From the NCBI RefSeq assembly GCF_009914755.1, contig NC_060927.1: 64,000 bases of DNA. One strand, given 5' to 3'. A program made the position numbers and the translations under genes. The notes below the pieces were generated by a model. The model was not told the origin of the DNA and ran no database searches. It saw only the letters and a program-made list of their open reading frames with translations. Positions 1-13,649 of this stretch are shown piece by piece. The first letter of the stretch is position 1, and every line of letters begins with the position of its first letter. This DNA comes from the human T2T-CHM13v2.0 reference genome, Homo sapiens.

Positions 1-329
1 CTACTTACCTATGGCAATAGTGTACCTTCTGTATCACCTTCCAGTCCCTCCCTAATCCACACAAACATCTTGAAAAAAATTGCATTGTGTTCCTTACAGC
101 CAAATACTCTTAATTAATTAATGTTTGAAAAAGAGAATACCTGGGAGAATCTCTTTGGTTTGACTGGAAAGAGCAATGTATCTTTTGGATAACTTGCCGT
201 TATATATAAGATGTTCTTGTTTGATTTATGGCTATGGACATTTAAGAACAACATTTTAAACTAGTGCATAGCAAACCTAAATATGCATATGTCACACCTA
301 AGGTTCCTGTGAAATTGCAAATTCCGGTT

Positions 330-500
330 CACTAGGTCTGGATTTGGGCTAAAAAGTCTTCATTTCTAGTAAGCTTTAATTGCATTGTCATTTACTTTTT
401 GTGTGACCTTGAGTAAATTACTTCGGTGTCCAAACCTAATTTTTTTCACCTGTAAAATTGATATTGTGCATATAAATGAGAACATGGATATAAGGGAAAC
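330..500 (+). mobile_element. MIR fragment
   Basis: gtgtgaccttgagtaaattactt...ttttcacctgtaaaattg resembles the MIR core. Confidence 0.55.
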
Positions 501-646
501 ACTGCTTTTTATGCTTTTCTATTACTGCAACTCAGATAACACCAACAAAGCAGCCCAGAAATGCAGGGACGAGCCACGGACAAATCACTCAATTAGCAGA
601 TCTCAAGAACTGGTAGAAAGGTCTTAGGCTCTCGTTCTTTATTTAA

Positions 647-981
<335 letters not shown>

Positions 982-999
982 ATCAACATAGTTCTTTAG

Positions 1000-3860
1000 A
1001 GGGACTGAGGCCCATAGCAGATGGAATTCCAGTTGTTCTCAGTGGTAACAAGCTTTCCTCTTTTCTTAGTTTACTTTCCCCACCCCTCTGCTTCTGTTTC
1101 TTGGATGCTTTCAAATAAACTACCTTTTCATAAGTCCTTTTCTCAAACTAGTTTGGCATCACAATTACTGATACTGTTACCTATTTTGAAATGTGATAAA
1201 AGGTAGAAAAGAGGGAAACATTGGCTTATGCAGTAGCTCTGATACTTGAACTTTGTGGGGGCAATGATAATTTAAAATATTGTAAAATTAGTTGACATTT
1301 AATTTGCATTGAAAACCTTGGAGAAACAGAATGACACTGGCCAGAAGACCTTCATGGAAGTTTTTAAAAGACTTTTATTTTCTATAGCTCTGGGTAGACT
1401 TTGCTGAAATTCAAGCCCAAGATTTAATAGTAAAGGTAACAAAACTGCAAAGGAGACAATGTTCAGCCTTAGTGCGTCTTTTAAGCTAAAATCATGGCCA
1501 AGATACAAAAGAAGTAAGAGACTGATATATCTGGGATAGGAATACCTGGGTTTCTGCATCCAAGGAGGCATGCATTATTGAAGAAAACACTAACGTTTTT
1601 GAGAAGTGCAGTATGGCTATCCTCTGCTGTACAGAATTGACAGAAGGAGACAGTTCCATGAGACAAAGGCCCCTAGTGTCAATGAAGCTGACAGAGTTCC
1701 GGAATAGCAGAAAACAAAGTGGTGGCGCTTAGCCATCAGAAGCAATACTAGAAGGCACAGACATATCTGTATGGCAAAAAAAGGGTTCCTTAACCTACAG
1801 AGAACTCTGGCAATGGTTAAAAGACTGTAGTGTATATCTGGAAGTGAAATAAATGTGCAGCCATCAAAGATGTTGCTTGACATGTATAAAACCAAGAAAA
1901 AACTCAAAAGGTAGTAGGCCAAGAGTTCTATCAGATTCTGCAGTAAAAATTTACTACTCCTGGCCCAGTTTTCAGATCTGAGATAGCCTCAGATAGGATC
2001 TATTGACCAAAATGAGGATAGATACTCCTGAGGAAAGACCCTTTTATGCCACCAAAAGCATATATCATAAATGTTATATCAGTCTGTCCTCAAAAGTACC
2101 TATGGTCTTGTACCAGAGTAACCGCACATTAAGGAAAACGCATAATCAAGCTCTTTCAAAGAGATGTTGAAAACTGAGTCTTATTTCATACTGAAATTAA
2201 AGTAACTCTAATTCCTTGTGTATTATGACCAGACGGTAAGTAGATTTCCGGCTTTAAATCTAGCTTATAATGAGTTTAATTTTTCCATGGAATCACCCTG
2301 TAGTTATTTCTCAAGACTCTGAATTTTAATCAAATTTAGGATCTGATAGAACCCTTACATTAGATTTCTGATTTGTAGAATAAGAGACATTAGGGTGAAA
2401 TACCAAGAACAAACCTGAGATTTCCCACCCACTCCCAGTCATGATAGTAAATCAAAAGTCATGCTATATCCAAGTTGAAAGTGTGTAATCACAAGATCAT
2501 AGACAATCTGATAGAATGTAAGAATGGCCTCATAAAGGTTCAGCCTAGTTGTCACTGTGGGGATGGCACCTTATTTGGTTAGGATACTGCCTTTTGTGAC
2601 GTGATGTTCATATTTAAGAAATAACTATTATATGATGCCTTGTTCCTAGTACTAGAATACACAGGTGAGAGAATGAAATGTTGAAAGAAGCATCGACCAC
2701 ACTCACCATCCCCCCGTCCCCACAAATGACCCACTGTGGAACTTGTGTTTCTCACTGCTGCACGTTTAGACTCTGTAGATTCTAGGTCTTAAACCCCAAT
2801 AGGGGAAATTTTGCTTCTAGGAAATGCAGTAAGGGTTTCTTCAAACCTGAACCTTTAGCTTTTGCTTAGTCATTTTGGACTCCTCATGCCTGTAGACCAG
2901 CACATAAATGATTTTTAAAAACAGTTACTAGATTGACAGGATGTTTAACCCTAGTTATCATGCATTTCTATGTTTGCTGCCATATAATGGAGGTGTGGAG
3001 GAGTGCACTGGGCACTGAGGGAAATCACTGTAGCCTCTCGTGGTGTTTCTATGCTCAGTGAAAAAAGAAAACAGGCATTTGCAGCAGCAACAATCTGATA
3101 AGGGGCAAGACAAAGAAGACTCAGACAACTAAGGGTTGAAGCTCTGTGCTTCTCTATCAGGCAAGCAGCTGTATGCCAGCTGTAAGGCTGGCCATGTGAA
3201 AGAAAGCTGTACAGTGGGTGGTAGAGAAGGAAGATAATGAATATCAGTTACAGCCTTGGGACTCAGACTGTAGCAGGAACTGTAGCTCGCTCTACTAAAC
3301 CTATTTTAAATTCATATTTAAAGAGGTTGTGACAAGGCACGACTTCAGAGTTGTTAAAAAGTTGAACTTAATATGGAGCAGTAGCATTTCTGAGCAGTGA
3401 AAAGGGATACTATAGCAGACAACTTGTGTGTTTTGTGTCAGAGTCCCTAAGCCAACTTGCAATTTTAGCTGCATTTATGGAAAGTTCCCAGGCACTCCAG
3501 CAGCATCCCACTTTTCTTCTTTGCTTTTCTTCTTTACATTTTGTGTGGACCCTCACTCCGCACACAGGGCAGCTTGGGAGTGGGAGATGATTAACTGCCC
3601 TGGGGCACAGCCCTCAACAGTAATGGACAAGGGTCATGGTAAAGGCCCAGTTTCCTGTTCTACAGAGAAACTATTCTCAGGGTCTCCAACAGGACTGAGC
3701 CCCAGTGGCTCACAGTCATAACCCACCCTTTAATGGCATCTCTTCCTTTCAACCCCACATTCCTGGATCCTCCGATATTGCTTTCTGGGATCACATACTA
3801 AGTAAGTTACCTAAAAAAAAAACAGTCACTCTTTCTGAGAAAATCTAAATTGTGAACAGA
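1000..3860 (+). mobile_element. Degraded ERVL-class provirus: LTR16-like remnant (~1000-1155), internal region, LTR16-like 3' LTR (~3410-3860)
   Basis: caaataaactacc...aagtcctt resembles an LTR16 3' end and is followed by ttggcatcac. Purine tract aaaagggatac precedes the second LTR-like block. Decayed, with no ORF. Confidence 0.5.
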
Positions 3861-4947
3861 TATAAAGTGCCCTACACCGTGCTTGATAAATAATCAGTAC
3901 CCAGTACATGTTCCTATCCTCCGATTTTTTTCTTTGCCATAAGATATTTATAGTTCTTTGGAGAAAATAACCAACTAAAAGATAGGTGTTATTTGTAAAT
4001 ATCATCATACTCTGCAAATGTACCTATAGCCAGAAATTAAGCCAGCATATTCCCATGTACAGAGGGCCAACTGATGTTTTTCATTCATATATGTCTGGAG
4101 CTTGAGCGGCAGAGTGTTGTATCACTACAATAGGAACCTGAAGAATTGGATTTTGACTCTGTTTCATTTACTTACTGGGATTTTATTTTATGTTTAAAAT
4201 ATTCACCAATATATTTAACGTTAGGTTCATTGTCTTCAAAATATTATAATTTCTTATAATTTCTCAGTTGAGATGAAGTCCGAGTAAGCTAATGGATACA
4301 AATATGTCTTGTAAAATGTAAGCTATCTTAATGTAAATGTACATGTCTCTACCACATGATGTCAAAGATGGTTGTTATTTGGCGAAGTGAGCCAAAATAG
4401 TATTTCCTGAAAAACGCTAAATGCATGCTAATATATGTTATTTTGTCTTTATTTTTAGGAAAAATAAAATCGGTCTTGGGGGGCTGATTCTATTTCTTGG
4501 AATTTTAGATAATTTGAAAGGTTTATGATGACAAAACTGCCTGTTAGCACATCTCAAATTTATGCACAGAATATAACCTACCTTGCTTGAGCTTAGAGCT
4601 GGTCTTAATAGTGCCTTTCTTTCTTTTGAAAACAGTTCTAAATGTTACCAAGATATTTGGCAGAAATTTTCAGCATCTAGACACAGACATGAAAGAAACA
4701 GATGAGGGATATAGCTTGTGTCTGAAAACTTATGGAGGCTCAGGAAATAAAGAACAGTTAAATTACAGTCACTTATCACTAATATCGCTGGCTGGTTATT
4801 TTTTTGGTAGTTGCAGCCCAATCATGTTGGTTTCAGTGGTAATTCACTGGTAATGAGTGAGTATATACCAAGCTCAATCTTATCTCTACATAAATATTTG
4901 AATTATCTTGTAAGAATTTTCCTAAAGATTTTACTTAATTTACTATT

Positions 4948-5338
4948 TGATATGGTTTGGCTCTGTGTCCCCACCCAAATCTCACCTTGAATTATAATTC
5001 CTAATGTTAGGGAGGGGTCTGGTTGGAGGCAATTGACTCATGGGGGCAGACATCTCCCTTTCTGTTCTTGTGATAGTGAGTGAGTTCTCATGAGATCTGG
5101 GTGTTTAAAGGTGTATAGCGCTTCCCCCTTTACTCTCTCTCTCTTCTGCTCTGCCATGGTAAGAGGTGCTTGCTTCCCCGTGGCCTTCTGTAATGACTGT
5201 AATTTTCCTGAGGCCTCCCAGCCATGCTTCCTGTACAGCCTACAGAACTGTGAGTCAATCAAAATCTCTTTTCCTCATAAATTACCAAGTCTCAGGTTGT
5301 TCTTTATAGCAGTATGAGAACGAGAATGGACTAATACA
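4948..5338 (+). mobile_element. MSTA/THE1-type MaLR solo LTR
   Basis: tgatatggtttggctctgtgtccccacccaaatctc...ggactaataca; TSD ctatt/ctact. Confidence 0.92.
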
Positions 5339-6577
5339 CTACTTGAACTATTTAGTTTACTTTTCAAGAGATTATGGAACAAAGTATACTTTTTACCATT
5401 TTTGATTCACTGGTAATGAGCTCACTCATAAACTCTAGAAAGGTAAACTAAACTGTTCAAATAGTAAAGTAGAAATATCTTTAGGAAAATTGTTATAAGA
5501 TAATCAAAATATTTATGTAGAGATAAGATTCCAGTTAGTATGGTGCTTCAATGATATATTGGAAAATAGGTTTGTTCAGTTATTTAGGGGAAGTGACTTT
5601 TTTTTTTCTCCTTTAAGTTTTATCTCCTTTTTAGGGAGGTTAATATAACTTGTGATATTTTTGATAACTACTCTTACTCTTCAATATAATATTCTTTATA
5701 AGCTTTCAGCCTATTAAATTTTTTAATTGAATGATAATTTGGATAGCAATCATTCAGAATATTTTTCTATTCATAAACATTTTTCCTCTTGGTTTTAAGT
5801 TTGCTTGGTTGTCAGTTACTTCTCAAGGCTGTCATAATTTGGAATGGAATAGAGATTGCTAACTCAATCTTAGCTGGCAATCCTCTTTTATATCAGTGAC
5901 ATGACAAAACAAAACTTTCAGCTTGCTTCATCAGACGGTTTTTCTTCTATCACTACTTCCCCAATAGTTATGTTAACAAACAGTTATATAAACAAACTTT
6001 ATCCATTTGTTGCTTCTTTTCAGGAATACTGGTAGTTGATGAAAACAATGAGAGAAATGCCTGCTTCTTTGCGTACACCATAATCTTTCCAAGAGCACCA
6101 AACTGAATGCTATGTGTTTTTGAATGTATCAGTCTAACAGTCAAACCTGGAATAAAACTTTTATTCGAGGTGAAGGCAGTTAAAGCTCAAACTTTGGGAA
6201 CTATAAAATTCCAAATTCAAGGTGACTTTTCTCTAATTGATTTCATTTAAAACAGAACCACTTATTTCAAGAAAATGAACTTGAATAAAATTATAAATAG
6301 GTGAGAGTATGAGTAGGCATGCTATGGTTAATCGATGAGAAACGTAGTCTTTTTATCAGACTAGACATGCTCAGTGAATAAATATGATGAATAGTTAGAA
6401 CCTTTCATAAAATTTCTGAAGAAATAATAGATATTTTAATATATTATTCCATATATATTAGTTTCAAAGACTCTAAGAAAAATCCTAAGATCATAGACTG
6501 TTAGAACAGAGGGTATTTTAGGGAGCATTCAATTCCATCCTCTGTCCTTAGATCCTCCTTCTTGCCCAGGAAAAGGA

Positions 6578-6790
6578 ATGTAGCATTAAGGTTAAACACG
6601 CAGAATCTGGAGCCAAACAACCTTAGTTTTAGTCTCGGCTGTGACCAAGTTACCTAATGTCTCCACCTCTCAGTTTCCCACCTGTGCAAGGAGAAGGATA
6701 ATAGGAGCACCTAATTACAGGGCTGTTGAAGAACTGAGTGGCTGAATACATGGTAGATATTAGAAGAAATTGACACACCCTAATAACAAT
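6578..6790 (+). mobile_element. MIR
   Basis: tctggagcca...ctcagtttcccacctgtgcaagg...ataataggagcacct. Confidence 0.75.
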
Positions 6791-6792
6791 AA

Positions 6793-6817
6793 GTGTGTGT
6801 GTGTGTGTGTGTGTGTG
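6793..6817. repeat. (TG)n microsatellite
   Basis: Direct reading. Confidence 0.95.
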
Positions 6818-7129
6818 TTTCTGCAGTGATGTTTTATTGAGAACCTCCTACATGCAATCATTGACCAGGTACTAGAAATGCAAAGAAAACTTCTCGTGTT
6901 TTCTGTCCTCAGGATGCTGAAAAACTTGAGGAGATGGACACCACAATGGTGTGAATGGGCAGATTTCCCTGAAACGATATTTACAGATGAGATGATATTT
7001 TATCCAGATCTTGAAGTTTAAGTAAAAGCTTGCTAATATGCCATTGCTGCTACTGCTGTTGTTGCCATTGATGATGATGATATTGATCATGACAATAAAT
7101 AATGAATTAATTATATAATTATTAGTTAA

Positions 7130-7420
7130 TTGCTAAAATTTATTGGACACTTACTATTGGCTAATTTCTAATAACAAAATGTGTTATTTTGTTTAATGCT
7201 GAGAAATATCCCATGAGTCAAGTTTCATTTTTATCTTTATTCTGGAAGACATGAAACTGAGGCCTTGAGAGATTATGCTACTCTTGAAGACATGAAACTG
7301 AGGCCTTGAGAGATTATGCTACTCTTGAAGACATGAAACTGAGGCCTTGAGAGATTATGAAATTTTCCCAAGGTTACTCAAGGAGTAGATGGAAGAGCTG
7401 GAAAGTAAGCACAGGCAGAA
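7130..7420 (-). mobile_element. MIR containing a tandem expansion
   Basis: atgaaactgaggccttgagaga...cccaaggttac antisense MIR core. Confidence 0.7.
7245..7359. repeat. Perfect 41-bp tandem repeat, 2.8 copies
   Basis: gaagacatgaaactgaggccttgagagattatgctactctt starts at 7245, 7286 and 7327. Confidence 0.95.
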
Positions 7421-7779
7421 ATCCATTTTAAGTAATGGGACAAGCACTGGAGAGCATACCTAAAAAATGATGCATTGTGATGAATGGAAAAAAATGTTCA
7501 AAGCAGCTCAAGCACTGAGTGTGCACAGGTGATGGCAGCTGATGATGAACAACCTTCAATACTCTGCTAAAAGGGTGAACATAATATAGTAGGACCTAAT
7601 GGAAAAGAGAAGCTTTTGAAAGAGAGAAATAAGAATGATTGCTACCATTCGTTAAGAATTTATATCTACTCATAATCTCAATTGCCTGTCCCAATAGCAT
7701 GTTCTACACATAATAGAATCCTTGGAAGTTTAGAGGTTAATCAGTTTCCTAGGAATTTTGAAAAGATTACTCGGGAGGC

Positions 7780-8200
7780 AGTATGCTTGAGAGTAATTTC
7801 TTAATTGAAGGGGAGGATGAAAGGGAAGAAATGATGAAGTCAAGAATGACTGTGGTTTCTGGAGTAGGGCATTATGGAATAAATTATAACAATAAATGAG
7901 ATTTATTGGAGAGTTTGAGAGGCAGTGGAGGAAATACAAAATTAAGATTTTGCACAAACACTTTTCACTGATTATTGGATTTCCTAGTGGTAGATGTTTT
8001 TAGATGAGCAGTTAATATATGCATCTGAACAGGAAAGAGAAGGTAGATAATAATGGCAATAATAGAAATGATTTGAAAAGCATTAAGGAATTTTCCTTTT
8101 ACCTTTCTGAGTATATAACCATTATGCTGGTTGATCTGAGGTCCAGTGATGTGGGAATCAGTGGTGGGTGAGAAGATGAAAATGTTTCAGAAGAAATGTA
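7780..8200 (-). mobile_element. L2 fragment
   Basis: Purine-rich; gtcaagaatgactg...ggtttctgg and gcagttaatatatgcatctg resemble antisense L2. Confidence 0.5.
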
Positions 8201-11200
8201 GAGAAAGAAGATGATAATAGTTATATCAATAATGATTTACAGCAAGACAGTGATTGTAAGTTCCAACATCACAGAGAAAAATAAAGATTACTTTAACATC
8301 TTTAATTCTCAGTTTATATATGAAGGGCTAAACTAGATGTTTCCCGAAAGTTAGAAAAGGCAACCATTCTCTGAGGTTAGAAGAGAAAGGAAAGTGATAA
8401 TGTGATACATAAAAACACTTCACACTGACTTGATGTTTGGTCAGAGAATGGAGTTGGGGAGAGAGGAAACTATTTGACTTATGTCTCAGTATTCCCACTC
8501 TGGATTTGACCTGAGGATGGGGAAAGTCTATCAGATAATTAGGGGAGAGTAGAAAGTTACAGGAACTTGTGACTTCAATTGAAATAATTTGGGAGGATCC
8601 ACTATGCACTGCGCCCTGCACTAACATGAGGCAGCCAGTTTAGTAGACAAGGTGGAGTGGCGTGGGAAAAGAGGAGCACAGTGGGCACCCTCTAGCTCCT
8701 GTCATTCTTTGATGGCAGGGAGACCATGGAGGAGGTCACCAGATCTGTGAGCAGCCTCCCGAAGTGGCATAAGTCACACTCTTGTCAAGGCCAGAGAGAT
8801 GAACGGAAGAGAACTGTATATCTTTGCCAGCTAAAACTTGGGTAAGCTGAGCTAACCAGGTGGGAGAGGGCTATGCTTCTGGAAGGACTTGATTACAGCC
8901 CTAAGTTTAAAACCTCAAACTTTAGTTTAGGAAGCATGTACGAGGCCCAACTACAAAGTGGACAAGAGTGACATTAAAAATATCAGCAAGTGCATATCCA
9001 GCAAAGAACCAAAGGTCGGAGGAGTCCTCCCCATTGTACCTCTCACGAAATTAAAATAATACAAAACTAACAGCCACCACAAAGACATGTGAACATTCCC
9101 TTTTCTCTGTCTGAAAAGCTTAACTTCATAGCAGGTGAAGTAGGAGGAGAATATCTGAACCTAAATACTGCTAAAAGAGACAGCTTATTTAGTTTCAAAT
9201 TAGATACAACTAAAAGTTAATACTTTTCTCCTTACCAAGGAGTGAAGATTTCTAGGAAGACAGGCATAGTTATGGATTGGATAAAAGAGGTTTTATTTCC
9301 TCTGTGACCAGAATGAGATTGGGAAAGAATAATGAGAGAGAATAGAGGTATTTCAAACTTAGAGATTCCTTTCCAGTTGTGGGAAGAGTTTCAGAAGAAA
9401 TCTGAAAAAGTTTAATTAATTTACCCAATGGTACAGCAAGTGAATGCGCTGAAATTTTTAGTTTGAGTTCATTTCTTGACTGTGCATCACCTCATGGCCA
9501 CTTCCCATGGGAGGAGCCTGAGGATGATACCAAGCACTTCCCATAGTGCTTATGAGGCTTTAAAGAAAAGAATTTCCCAGTTGGCTTCTGGAAGTACTGC
9601 GCTAGATGGGTGGAAGGAAAGCTCTGTAGAATGTTACGAAGCAAATGTTAACCCTCTCCATAAAAATGGTACCAAAAAACCCAACATAGTTTATTAGCAA
9701 AATCTGGATAGATAGAATCCTTTTTAAAAACCCAATTTTATTTTTTACTTGCCTAAAATCAAAAAGGTTTTATATAATAGTTTGGGGGTCATATTTACCA
9801 TTATTTTGCTTTCCAAAACAGGTTTGGATTTATCAGATGTGGTCTTTGCTGCTTTGGGATACAACATTTTCAAATTGTATTGTTTGGATTAAATCTAAAT
9901 GAATCACAAATATATATGTAAGGTAAAAATATCAAGATTCTGGTAACTAGTGTATCAACTGGTATATTGATATTAATAGCTCTCATATTAATAATTACTC
10001 TGACTTTTAGTAGCCATAAGGCTTACCAACAGTTGAAGTACTTCTGTGATGTTCTTGGACAGCCGTCAACATTACCAACTCATTCCCAACTCAATTGACA
10101 CAATGGAGAAAGTCAGACCCTACTTAGCCCCTACTTTTACCGATTCTTAGTACAGAACTAAATCTGTACCCTGTGCCACAAGAGTGTGTGTGAGACCAAC
10201 CTCATATTTTCTACTTATAAGCTCTTTCTTTTGCCTTTTGTCTACCTTTCCATTAGTGCCTCTTCTTTTTACTTTCAAAGTTGTAACGGTTAAACTACTT
10301 TCTTGTTCTAGCTCTGAGAACTGCATTGTATTTCACCCTTTTGTTGAAAAGGGAAATTGACTTTAAATGAAAGGCAAACAGATACTACTCAGTCATGATA
10401 AATGGTGAAAATTAAGCCCACAGAACTTTTATCTTTAAGCATATTTTTACCCTGACATCTTGAAAATATTATATGATGCAACTATTTCCACAAGTATTTT
10501 AAAACTGTTTTTCTGTTCCAAATAGGACCTCAAATTATTGCCATCATCATCTTTCCATGGACTCCTACTCTGCATAAGGTGCTCTAAAGACATTGTACCT
10601 ACTGAAAAGATATTGTACATGACTAAGATCAAAGGATCTTTCTCACTGAGAGGCTAAGAGTCTATTTAGGGAAATTGTAGAAGCACAGAAAAATTATAAT
10701 CCCAGGCAAGATTTATTTACCATGTGGGTTATAAGATCAGAAAGTAATGAATGCTATTCATAGAGTAGAAAATGGCTTTGAAGAGTCTTAAAAGATGAGT
10801 AAGATTGAGGCAAAGGAAGTCAGTGTATCACAGCACCTTCAACAGCAAGTGTGTGGTGCGTGCCTGTGTGGAGTTGGGAAGGCACATGGCAAGCCTGGGA
10901 AACAATAGTAGGTCATTTGGGCCACAGTGAGGAATTTTTATATAGAATAATTTTTCTCACTAGTAAAAACTAGAAAGAGTTCTGAAGGAAGAGAAAAGAA
11001 CTCCCAAGCATCAACAGAGATACAATATAAATAATGGCTGCGAGATGAATATTCTTGTAAACAAAGATTTTTGTATGTCTTTTTTTCCTCTTCCTTTTTA
11101 ATGGGGACTTAATGTTCCAAGAATCCACTTGACTTTGGCAAGCTCTACCAGACACCAAGTGATGGCATCTTTAATTTGTTTACATGAAACAGAAAAATAG

Positions 11201-13179
11201 AAAATAAAAATAAATAAATAAAACCTAGAATGATTTTCACTTGAAAAAGCCAGAAACTGAGAAGTGAGTGGGTGCTGTATCCACTGTGAAATTGATGCTG
11301 GTATCTCTAGAAGGATCCTATCTCTGCTGTACAGGTTAGTTTTGTCGTGTTTCATAAAATGTTCCAGTCCTGTGACATATTGGACTCTTTGTTCTTTTCT
11401 CCTTCCCTTCAAAGGTTAAAACAAGCAGGGGAGGTTGGGTGATGATCATAACAGAAAGAATGTGGGCGTAGGAGGTGTGAGGAAATCAGTGCCTGGGGCC
11501 TGAGTTGGTTCTTCCCTGAAATGATTGAAAAGCACAGTGTGGCTTGATGACCAGAATGAACAGCAAAGACTTTGAGTAGAATCTGCAGTCTGGGCCCATG
11601 GGAAGAGTGTTCTGCAGTGATGAGTCCAGCCATCACTCACTCACATTTGCCAAAACAACCAGCCGTAAGAAGGATGCCCATCTCCCCCCAGGCCCTGCTT
11701 GTAGCTTGGATGTAGTGTTGCCTGTTGCTAATGAACCACTAGGATTGCCTCAAACACACCCTGACAGCTGCAGAGTTTTCGGTAACAGCCCTAATTCCAC
11801 TTTCTCTTCCATCTGTCTACAGATGGTTTAAATTTGACCCCTTTAAAAAAAAAGTATCCTATTAAGAGGCAATTACTGTGCTTGTAGATTTCCCATAAAA
11901 AATGACAGAATTGTAATTTGCAAGAGAGTCTGGTAATTGTGGATTATGTTGAGAGTTTGATACTCATTCTGGACATGGAGGTTTTGACACTATTTGGGGC
12001 TGGATTGCTAATATTCTATTTGGAATAATTCTGTCAATCATAACGGCATAGATAATAGTCAGAAAGTTCAGCCATAAGCACAAAAAGAAGTCAGTCCTTT
12101 CAAAACCATTAGCACTGATTTTATTTTTATTTTTCAAAATATCTTTCAACTACAACAGGATGCTACAACACCAGAATGTTTCTGTTTATTTTGTGCCATC
12201 TGGGTTTCCATGATTAATTATACAATTCTTCTTTCTACAAGAACTTTCTTCTGAAAATTGCAAAGCAGTTTCAAGATAGTACTTCAATATTCATTATACT
12301 TTACGTATTATCTCAGTGTGAATGTCAGAACCAAGCTAATTTAGGAGAAATCAAAATGTAAATAGGTTTCTAGAATATTTCAAAGAATTACAAATCTTAG
12401 AATCTTTGCAGTCTTAAAGTTTGCTTGTCCAAATCTCTCCTTTGCTAGGGGCAGGGAGGATCACCTTGCCCTGAGTGACCAATTTTGCCTCCCAGTGAGC
12501 CAGAAGGAAATGCCAGTCCTACTGATGCCCAGTTTAGTACTATGCACTTTTGACACCTAAGTGAATAAATCTTTCTTCTAAAATGAGTCTGTGCTTTATA
12601 ATGACCGAATTTCTCTCTAAAGATTTCTGAAATAGAAGGATTTTCATTTTAACATATCAAACCAATACTTTAAAGCACGTGCTTTGTGCACTATGTTGCA
12701 GAGACTACAAAGAAAAGATACAGTCCCTGTCTCAAGATGCATATTATTGTCTTGGAAAATTACCTTGAGGAATCCAGGCCTTCGAATGTGAAAAGGTATT
12801 TAATATTGGGAGGTTGTGCATGACAGAAAGTGAATGGTACAGTTGATATGGAAGTGAGTAAGGCTTCTCCTTGACTTTCAGCAGGTGCTCTGCAAACACT
12901 TGTTGAGTTGCATTGAGCTGTATTCACTTGGAGAGCAGCTTCTCTATGGGAAAAACAATGGGTTTGATCAACAGTGTTAACTACTAATTTTTAGTAAAAA
13001 TTCTGTAGGTGGGGCTGAGTTGTGGATATTTATTTATATCTATTTCAATGTACAGTGTGACTAAAAAGTGCTACGCTATGTGTTTATTCTAAAAAATTAT
13101 GTTGAACATGATTATATTAATATGGGGGGAAATATTTTTTAAAATAATTTTCTAAGTCTTTACCAGTAGGTTTCTAATT

Positions 13180-13545
13180 TGTGACGGCTGATTTATGTGT
13201 TAATTTGGCTAGGCCATGGTACCCAGGTATTTGGTCAAACACCAGTCTAGATGTTTTTATGAAGTATTTATTTAGATAACATTAACATTTAAATCAGTAT
13301 TCGATGAGCAAAGCAAATTACTCTCACAATGCAGTTGGGCCTCATCCACTCAGTTGAAGGCCTTGAAAGAAAAAAAGGCTAATATCCCTTAAGGAAAAGG
13401 AAATTCTATTAGCAATCTGCCTTAGCACTCATATTGCAACATCAACTTTTCCACGGGTATCTAGCCTCTCTCCCTACTCTGAAGATTTTGGACTTACAGC
13501 CTCCATAATCACCTGAGCCAATTCCTTAAATCTCTCTTTTGTGAA
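13180..13545 (+). mobile_element. MLT2 (C/D-like) ERVL LTR, 3' end not visible
   Basis: tgtgacggctgatttatgtgttaatttggctaggccatggtacccag...gggcctcatccactcagttgaaggcctt...gagccaattccttaaa. Confidence 0.85.
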
Positions 13546-13649
13546 TGTGTGCATGTGTGTATCTTTAGAAATATAAAATCCCATAATACCATATATACAG
13601 CAGGTTCTTCAATAACATCCTTGCAAACATGCAAATGGACTGTGTGCTG

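Noticed and set aside
7245-7359. CRISPR-like appearance of the 41-, 46- and 28-bp repeats
   Set aside because: Head-to-tail copies without unique spacers in mammalian DNA; ordinary tandem duplications.
8330-9350. Possible ancient LTR-like element (also ~40000-40640)
   Set aside because: Composition is suggestive, but I cannot assign a family or termini without a Dfam search.
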